Virus record (IMG/VR): IMGVR_UViG_3300035322_000284
Location: 1 to 56,154 of that record
Strand: one strand, 5' to 3'
DNA: 56,154 nt
Source of the DNA: a virus
Lineage: Duplodnaviria; Caudoviricetes
This document shows, piece by piece, positions 31,822-41,700 of this stretch. A program made the translations under genes and the position numbers. Each line of letters starts with the position of its first letter. The stretch's first letter is position 1. The notes beneath the pieces were generated by a model. The model was not told the DNA's origin, ran no database searches, and was given only the letters and a program-made list of their open reading frames with translations.

Positions 31822-32471
31822 TGTCTGACTATGTCAGAATTAATAACACAACCTACTCAACTGGACAATATGATGGTCTGGGTACTCCTAGTGTGCGCCC
31901 GGACTTTTTTGGAAAAGGAGCTGGTCTTAAGCAAAAAATTCCATGGCCTCATCAGGGCTACATCGAATCCTGGCCCATTACTGTGAACAACACAGAAGTA
32001 GTGTCAGGTTTCAGATACGCATTTTCAGCCGCTGGTGATAGTGCAAATGCTATTGTGAGCCAAACAAGTTCAGTTATCCTGATATGGTACAGTAATACAC
32101 CAGGTGGAGATCCACTGATACAAATAGATGGCACTAAACTGGTCTATAATTTTCAGTCAACTGAATTTTATCATGTCATAGGACAGCGATATTCAGTCAA
32201 TGATCCAAATACAAACCCAAGCAGTCTGTGTGTGCCAATCATTAATAAGACATACTATATTAATTTTGCTGGCGTGAGCACAGCCACAGCACAACAATGT
32301 AGCACTAAATGGGGCAACACAATTAACCCCACACCCAGAGCACCTACATCAAGTGAATTGGTGAATTTTCCAGCTTCAGACATAGGTGGACGTTCCACGC
32401 TGGCTCTGATTGTGAGTACAGATGTATATGGTGTTTTACCCTATGATGATTATGTTAAGGAGGTCACATGA
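31821..32471 (+). CDS. Hypothetical protein (216 aa) with one WxSxxPGGxP...YYIN module
   Basis: TAATG coupling; IWYSNTPGGDP...TYYINFA shared with flanking ORFs. Confidence 0.75.
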   Translation: MSDYVRINNTTYSTGQYDGLGTPSVRPDFFGKGAGLKQKIPWPHQGYIESWPITVNNTEVVSGFRYAFSAAGDSANAIVSQTSSVILIWYSNTPGGDPLIQIDGTKLVYNFQSTEFYHVIGQRYSVNDPNTNPSSLCVPIINKTYYINFAGVSTATAQQCSTKWGNTINPTPRAPTSSELVNFPASDIGGRSTLALIVSTDVYGVLPYDDYVKEVT

Positions 32472-32674
32472 CAGATGTTTTAAAGCAAATTACCAGACCC
32501 AGCAGGATTAATAATAGTATCACTACTAGGGGCAAGATTGTGGATGCTCAGTATGAAATTAGTATCTGTAAAACAGTGATTGATGGGCCAGATCCAGCCA
32601 GTGCTGTGGATAACGTTGACGGGCTTATGATACGCCCTGGCTTTACTAAATCACAGTGGCTTAATTGTCAGTGA
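32468..32674 (+). CDS. Hypothetical protein (68 aa)
   Basis: ATGA overlap with the upstream stop, preceded by AAGGAGG. Confidence 0.6.
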   Translation: MTDVLKQITRPSRINNSITTRGKIVDAQYEISICKTVIDGPDPASAVDNVDGLMIRPGFTKSQWLNCQ

Positions 32675-32676
32675 CC

Positions 32677-32711
32677 GTAATAACATAGCACTTAATAAAA
32701 ACCGATAAATA
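32677..32711 (+). promoter_or_regulatory. Extended late promoter
   Basis: GTAAT (32677)...CACTTAAT-N7-GATAAATA (32704-32711), then 5 nt and ATG 32717; no SD. Confidence 0.75.
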
Positions 32712-32716
32712 CAGGT

Positions 32717-35700
32717 ATGTCAAATATACCGTACAATGATCTGGGCAGTCTCTTTAATAGCGGACAGGGTCAGATAGCACTCTCAAATAACGGCTTAAAT
32801 GTACTGGAAATAATTCCAGAAGAGTTTGCCGATATTACTGACGTAGATCTTAACTTAGATACGTTTACTACTAACCTTGTGGGTAACCCCACGCCAGAGC
32901 TATGTACGGGTATTGTGTCTTGGATTAGCACTGAGCCTGGTGGCGCACCACTGACCACGGGATTGCTGGCTGGCAATATCAATGTTAGCACATCAGGAAA
33001 AATAGATCTTAATTGGGCACTGAGTTTAGACCCAGCCAACGTTGAGACTACCAATGGATTTGGTAATGTCATATATGATGTAGATTATGTACTGGGTTAC
33101 CCAGAGGGAGATTTAGCGCCTGGCTCGCCCAGTGTATCATACTATCTTAACATAGCATATGTAAATGCTGATTGCTTGGATGATTATGCTAACTGTGATT
33201 TAATTGACCCCACACAAAACATCTATCAGGGTACTTGTATTGATACCAAAACATCATGGGCTGGTATACAGACAAAAGGCAGTAAACATTGTGGTAGTTA
33301 CCAGGGTGCTATTAATTTTAATTCTATATTAGTTACAAAGCCCGCCTTGGTATGGAACTCCAGCACAACCAGTTACTATCCCTATGGGTCAAGTAGCACA
33401 GAACTTGAGGTAGAAGCAAATGCTACCTATAGCACACAATTTGATTTTAGCGCAATAGGTACGTCAATCGTTGAAGGAGTGATATACAGTAAAAATGCCC
33501 TGGGTGTGTCTAGTAGTATGGTATGGATATCATCTACACCAGGTGGCGAACCCATAGCAACCACAAACGGATGCGAAGCTAAAAAAATTATCACAAAAAC
33601 TGGTGGACAGTTTACTATAAAGAGGGCTGGTAACACCGCTAACCGTGATATAGATTTACAAGTTCTGGGCGGAGAGATTTTGTATGTCAATGTCCAGGCA
33701 CTTACTACTGAAAGTAATCCTGTTACAGCAGATATTGGTGTTGTAAATAGTCAATCCACACGTTCAGAAACAATCAGAATTGATCTACAAGAAGTCCAAG
33801 AGGATAACGCAAATGTAAATTATAGTGCTCCCTTGGGCGCTCGTAGAGAAGTTACCCCCATAGGTGTAGCAAGCGGTAAAAATACTGTGTTTGATTTCCC
33901 TGAAGCGGGAGAGTATTTAATCAGTGCCATGTACACTGATGACACTGGAGCAATATACAACCAGTCTAAAACAATAACAATTGAACCCGATGATGTCGAG
34001 GGCGTACTTAATTTAGTACCCAGAGATCCTAATTATTCGGTATCGTCTACCCTAACCAGAGGTTTCCTGGGTTATGGTCCAGCTTATCAGTGTAAGCCTG
34101 GTAGGTATCAAAATGATGAGAGATTTTCAAGCATAGGTTCCAACTTCACTTATAACGGACAAACCTATAACATGACGCCCAACATGGCTGGGTGCTTGGC
34201 ATTTAATTGCTTGGATAACTGTCTGGGCACAAACGTCACTGGCAATGGTCCCAACGGAATTTTAAGTCGCGGCACTGTTGATAGCTGTGTTGCTAACTAT
34301 TATGGTACTTCAGAAAAAAGCGCAGAAATTTTAAACTGGACAAATCCTGGTTTTACTGATGTTGTTGCTGAAGTAAGTAGTGATATTTTATATTACCCCT
34401 TGGTTATACCAACCACTGATCTAAGCGACACCAAAACTGTTCACGCCACAGTAGAAGCCACAGGCAACAATGTATTGATGTGGATTAGCACTGAGCCCGG
34501 CGGTGGCCCAGATGGATGTTATGGTTTCCTGGATAGCTACGCAAATTATTATAGTTTTAACGGACAGATGAAATTTTATGCCACTCATAGCAATGGTGTG
34601 GTACAAAAGTTTAGTAAAAGTCACGCTCAGTTGGAAATGGGCCACACCTATTATGTAAACGTTGCCAGAATTTCAGGTAACATCAAGAGTTTCATAAATG
34701 GCGAGACTCCTACGTTTGTGCCAAACAAGAATATTACTGTGACATTCAATGGCATGAGCTCTTGGAATTACGCAGACACTGGCAAAGGCACAAATCCTGC
34801 TGGAGGCATAAATGTCAGTCCCATTATTGACGGAACGTCAAGTGCCAATGTAGCAGTGGGATCAGAAGTATTGCCGCAGAGTTATGCTGTGAGTGAAAAC
34901 TATGGCATTTGTGCTGAAACCTGGGACTCAGGTAATACAGATGATGTGGGTGTCATGGTAACGGCACAAAGCCGTGTCGCAATGCCGTTCACTACAACAA
35001 CCAGAATGTACAAGGGTGAAATAAATTTAAGCTCTGGTAACCAATCATTCAGTAACCCAGAACAAATCATAGCATATATTGTTGACGCACCTGAAAAAAC
35101 AAGTCAGTCAGCCTATGGCAAGGTTGTAGCTGCCACTAATAATACAACCGGTGGAGTCGAATTAGCTTTTAATGTTGATGTTAAGGTCCAGGGTTACGAT
35201 GGTGTACCTAGTAGTGACGCTGTGTTAGAACCCTTTACGACATATTATATGATTGTGGAAAACAATGCGCTGAAAACATTTACAGGGCAAAGATTGCTTA
35301 CTATGGTATATGACAGTGCCTATGGGTTACCCAACACAAATTACGATTTATATCCACCATGGTGTTTGAATTCTAGCAAACAAAACGTTGGGGCAACAGC
35401 AATTAATAGTGTGCCGTTTACTACCCCACAAACGTCCCGCCCCAAATTGGGATCAGGTATCAATTGCCAATTCACTGATAATGCTACATTTAATTACTAT
35501 AGTCTGGGGCAGAGATTCACAATTAAAGGCAAAGATATAATTTGTAACTCACTAATAGCAAACTGTCTGAGTGAACAGAGTAATCCCACTACACAGGATG
35601 TATTGAGATGCGCTGGAATTTATCATGACAGTTTAAATCCCGATACCCCATTCAGAGATCCTAGTTATCCTGGAGGCTTGCCCAAGGATAGTGACAACGC

Positions 35701-38700
35701 ACTGAATACACAATCTCCTGACCCAGAGATATTAACATATACCACTGGCGCTGGAATGAATGTTTACTCAAGCGGCAGACCCATACAAAATCCTCTGAGT
35801 GGCGGTGCTAGCGCAGTGGACGCCACAGTCAGACAAGCCATTGACTCCGGAGACTTTTCAGATTTTAATCTTAATGGATTAAAAAATACTGCGTTTACGG
35901 GCAATAGCGCAGGAGTAAATTGGCAGGATTATCTTAGCCAATTTGAAAAGTATGGTAACTACACAAGTTTTTCAAACTACCCACTGACTGGCGATGCTGA
36001 CCTTATACCGTCCAGCTTTAAAATTCGCAAGCGCAAAGTAAAAAACCCCAGTGTATATGGATTTGAACTACCGCTCAAGGACGGCAGATTTATTAATGCC
36101 ACAAGTCAGAGAGTAACTGGTGGTGCGGTTAAACCTTTGTCTAAACCACTGAATATTATTGCCAGAACTCCCAGAGCTATTAAAACATATAATGTCAGAG
36201 ACGAGGCTTATGGCAAAGTTGTGCCCACTAACCTCAACCAAACATATCGCAACACTTATTACAATCCCAGAAGCGTGGGCGCCTACTTTAGTACCAAAGG
36301 CAGACAAATACAAAACATTGGCAATACTGGATTTATTAGTAATCCTGGCTCACAGGGACCACCAGGTGGTGGTTATGTAGTAAGCTCAGGAGCAAATCAA
36401 AGTATACCTAGCACTACGCCCAGAATAGGCAGAGATCCTATCGACCAGGGTGACGGTGAAGATTACATTTTACCTGATCCCTGGCAGCCAGCAGACAGGG
36501 ACGGTAACATAACCTATGATAAGAATGGCGAGATGTCTGTAACGCCACTCAAAGTAGATGACAATGGAAATTATGTTCCTGCTGGTGAAGAGGCAAAAAT
36601 TGACCTCAGGCAGGCAACACCTGAAGCAGAATTCACAGCCTTAAAAGCGGCTAGTGTAGCAGATGGATCAGAACTTTATATCAATGACAGAAAGATTGTG
36701 TTTAAATATGGTGGTTCACTTGAAAGCATTAAGACCCAAATTAATTGTGGAAAACTTGGTGTTACAAGTGTCATAGGCGAGGATGAGGCCACAGGACAAC
36801 AAAAACTCATCATTAGTAGTTGTGATAGTTCCCCCTGGACAGTAGCAAATGGCTGTGGTGGTGGAGTATTTCAACAGGTTGGTGATTTCCATATTAACCG
36901 TGGATTTGATCAGAGTAAGTCAGTAACTAGTGTGTTTGTACCACAGAGCCAGTTGGTTGGTGAGTCGGGGCCCGATGCCAATACAGTAATTATTAATATC
37001 CCATACACTGACCAAAATTTTCCTAACACAGGCAGATTGGTAGACGTAAATTTTGATAGAAATTTGTATATTGATCCCACATATCCATCTGATGCTCCCA
37101 ACAAAACATCAGCTAAAAACTTTACAGATTTTAATGTACCAAACGGGTCAGGATTATTTTTGCCCCAGGAAACTGTTACACAGTCAACATCAGGCAAAGG
37201 TTATCAGGTAGGCGATAGACTTCGTCTAGTTGGCGGCACACCTGTAAATACTAACAAAGGTCCACTGACTGTTATCTGTATTGAGAACGCTGGCGCTGGC
37301 TATGTTGATCCTGGTAAGTTAACTGTACAAATAGGTGATGGCACAACACCAGGATTTGGTGCTGTGGCTGAAGTCTTTAGCTTGGACATGAACGGTGGTA
37401 TATCAGAAATACGTTTATTAAATTATGGCGTAGGTTATGACCCAGCTAGACCACCCGCTGTGACCATTGTTGATAAGCATAGTGATCAGGCATACCAAAA
37501 TCAAAAGATTACAAATGGTTTAAATCAGTTCGATGAAGTTATCCTGGTAGCTAATAATGTAATACGATTTGATTATCCAGAAATTGTTGAATCTAATGAC
37601 AGCACAGTGGAAGAATCCTACATACAAGTTACGCAGACTTACTATCGCGTTAGTAGCACCGTGGGAGAATCAGAACTGTTTATAGGTGGCGCTAATGAAA
37701 CAAACGATTGCCAGATGTATTACGGCGGCAGAACAGCGGACGGAAATTACCCAAGCATTAATATTAACGCTGGACAAGTTTTTGGCAATGTTACGCATAC
37801 CAGATATAAGGCAGTGGTAGGATTACCCAAGTCATTCTCAGTAAATCGCGGCCAGTACATAAGGTTTAGAAGCACAGGCTCAGGACAAAATGCTAGCATA
37901 GTGAATTCACTGCCAGAGCTTCTTTGTAGTGATCACATGATTGGTAAAGATGACAGCGGCGGCGATATCATAGCCACAAATATGCCAATAGTCAGACATC
38001 GCGCGTTACTGAATGCTAGTACAATCGATGCCATTGCGGCAGAGATGGCGACTGGGTCGGTTACAGTTAGTGTAGCAAAACCATTCTTACCAAATACAAA
38101 CGTTGGTGTATTCATACCAGTGGCTCCCTATGGTATACCCAAAGTAGAATCGGAACTCAGCGCACTCATAGGTGTGGACCCCAATAAAGTAGACGCCGAA
38201 GGTATTAATCCAGTTGACCCCTTTGTGGGAGGTTATGCTCCACTGGGCGGCCCATTGCGTGTTGCTAAGTTTCTGGTCACACAGGTTGATGCTGAGGGCG
38301 GAATTGCTGGACTTAAACTACTAGACAGAGGTTTATACAGGGTATTCCCTTCAGATCTGACATTTGGTATTCCCTTGGAGTATGACGCAGAATTATTGGG
38401 TGCGCCCACTACAGCGCAAAGAGAAGCCTCAGGACAATATGTGAGCTCAGATATCTTGGGCGGTGTTGACCCAACTCAGGATAATATACTGTATGGATTT
38501 ACTCACCCAGAATATTGGGATTCTGCTAATGAGGAACCTATTGTTCCATTCAAAGGAGCAACATTTGACGGTAAAACAGGAAGTAAACATCCTCAGTGGA
38601 TAAAGGCAAACGAATACAAACAAATCAATAAAGATGGTGAATCTGAACTTATTACTTACTGGGGTACGCCTGGCGCATACGACCCTACTACGTTGATTGT

Positions 38701-41700
38701 ACTCACAGAGGTATTACCTGACGGATCCACAGTGGAAAGGCAGATACCAAAGAATTTAGAATTAGAACTAAGCGAAGCTGGCGTACCCATTAAAGTAAAA
38801 ACTCCTGAAACTATTGCTGGTGGACAAGGTGCTAGAGTATTCCTTACCGCTACTGACGTACCAGACTGCTCAGAAGAAGGCACCGCTAAACAAGATTTGG
38901 GTCTACCAGATGTTGTGAGAGAATTGGATGGTCCCAGATCTTTTGTTAATGCGGCAAATGCTGGTCTCATAGACGTTGGTTACCAGCCTGAAGATATCAG
39001 ATGGGAAGTTGATGGCGGCAATGTTATTGCTAACGTCACACTTAATTCAGTGTTCCCTGGTGTAAGATTTAATGGTTTGGATTGGTTTGGTTTGCCCAGC
39101 GACGATTATGCGGTGGGTGCTCTGTGTATACAAGCAACACTTAGCTCGCCCAACCTTACTATAACGCAACAACAAAACGAACTAGAACGAATTTATCAGA
39201 GTTCTGACGCATTTGGAGTAAACCAAGATACATTTACTCTGCCAGACACAAATTTTCAGACACCAGTTAATAATAGTACTAGCGAAGTTAATGCCGCAGT
39301 TTTGAGTTTACTATGTATCGATGATATACAAACAGATCCTAATAGTGTGTTTGGTGATGGACCAGTGTTTGCTACTATCAAAGAACTCTATAAGTACGAT
39401 ATCAGTAATATTTTTGGTCAGGAAGTAAAATTATCTGGTAGTAAGCAAGAAGTAGATGCCTATATTTTCCAGAGCAAGAGATTTAATAATCTAGATCAGA
39501 TAGACTTGTTCAGTTATCAGGCCGATATAAATGGAAAAAGACCCTCATACATAGATATACCTGACAAACTTTGGGTGGACAGCGTTACATTAGATGACAG
39601 TCTAGCAAATATAGCAGTCAGATTCCCTGGCTTTACTCAGGGCGGCTGGGGATATTTTGAAGACGATTTTATGACTCGTTATCAGACACCCTTGGTAGAC
39701 ACCAGATATGTCCATAACAGCATCATATATGATCCAGAGTCAGGCGCTAGAACCACCGACCTATATCCCTGGGATCCATTCAAAGGCGTGTTGCCTGGCT
39801 TTATTGACAAAGAGATTGATTACATATCAGAAAATGATCCAGTAGTTTATAAAGCACAACGACATCAGTTTGGAGTAAAGCAGATTGGAGCAGTTTGGTG
39901 GGACACATCAACAATCAGATACCAGTGGTATGAGCAAGGCACTAATGTAGATCGTTGGAAAAATTGGGGCAAAGCATTTCCAGGTTCAACTGTTATAGTG
40001 TGTGAATGGGTAGAGAGCCGCGCTAAACCAGAAAACTGGTCAGGCGATGGCACCCCTAGATGGGTAAACAGATATATCACAGAAAGACGATGGGACGCAG
40101 TTAAGCAAGAGTATTCATTCTTCTACTATTACTGGGTAATGAATCGCACAACAGTTGATGCCAGACTTCGTGAGACACGAAACAGACAGTACGATACTCG
40201 CACCATAGCCAGATATCTCAGTGACCCTGTGGGCTTTGGTATCCACATGATCAGTTTCCTGAGTAACAATGCTGTGATGTTCAGCAACCTGAGTGACGTA
40301 CTCAGAGATTCAGGTAACCACGTACAGATTAATTTAAGCAGAGACCTTGACCCAGATGGTATCAAGCACACTGCCTGGAAACTTATTCGTGAGGACGATG
40401 ACAATAGCACGATACCTGACAACATCACACTCAAACTAACTGACAGTTTAGCGGCAGAAAACCAAGTAGGTGAGGTTGTACCTGATCCAGGCTTGAGTAG
40501 TGTAATGAGTTATGGTGCTGGTTTTAGACCACGCCAGAGTATGTTTGTAAACATCAAAGAGTCCAGGCGTACCATGGCATTTGTTCTTAATGAAATTTTT
40601 GCCAATCTCAAATTGTACACTGACTTCCCAACATGGGATAATAATTTCCCAAGCACTGATACCTGGCAGTATATTGAGCGCGTAAATTATTATAGTGTTA
40701 TCTATGTGGACGAGAATACCAACGAGCCAGTCAGATACGATGATAGTTACAAGCCTATCTTTAACGTAGCAACTATATCAGATCTCAATGCGCTGACTGA
40801 CTTGCCTGACGGAACTGTGGTACAAGTAGCAGGCACAGAGCTAGCTGAGCCACAGCTATGGATTTATAACGCCGAAAGCAATGACTTTAGTCAGATAGCT
40901 ATTCTTAACGACACCATAAGATTTAAGGATTCTGTATTCACTGACGACACAAACTCACAAATGAGTTTGGAGATTCGCAATGTACTCAACTTGTTTAACG
41001 ATGATCTGTTTCAGCGTTTTAACTTCTGGAACATCTTGTTCTTTGAAATGCTCAAGTATGCCTACATGGAACAACGCCAGTTGGATTGGGCATTCAAGAC
41101 AACATACTTGTATGTAGAGAAAGAAGAAGAAGATCTCATACAAATCTCAGGCTTCAAGCCAGACAACTATCAGGCTATCCTGGATTACATGGACGAAGCA
41201 AAGCCATACTCAAGTAAGGTTCGTGAGTACCGTGATGGTAAGTCTCCACCCATAGAAATCATTGGTACCATACAGCCTGGCGATGGTATACCTGGCGATG
41301 GTGACTACGACGATATCAGTAGTGGTGTGCCAGGCATACCTGGATTGCCCGGACCTGGTGAAGGTCCTGGAGATGGACCTCCGGGAGATACAAACCCCAA
41401 TGCTGGATTGCGTAGTGTGAGTGATTATGACAAGCCGCCCTACCCCGATCCAGCCACAGGAACTATCACAATATTGGATGACTTTAATCAGGCAGACCGT
41501 GAGATCATGGCAACTGATCCTGATTATGTCAATTATTTCAGTGTTACTAACAAGGCTGACGATCCCATAAGACATATTAATTTAAATCTTACATATGACA
41601 GAACAAACTGGCGGTTTACTGAGTATCTGTGGAACGCAAATACTACTTCCCTGGAACAAAGTATTAGTAATAACATTGTAAGTTTGACAACGCAGTCAGC

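Noticed and set aside
28637-32716. Intron or intein joining the two giant ORFs (same frame, 4080 nt apart; VHNS near 39710)
   Set aside because: No group I/II intron features, homing endonuclease or intein N-terminal block seen; the gap holds ordinary coupled ORFs and the second gene has its own promoter; same frame has a 1-in-3 chance
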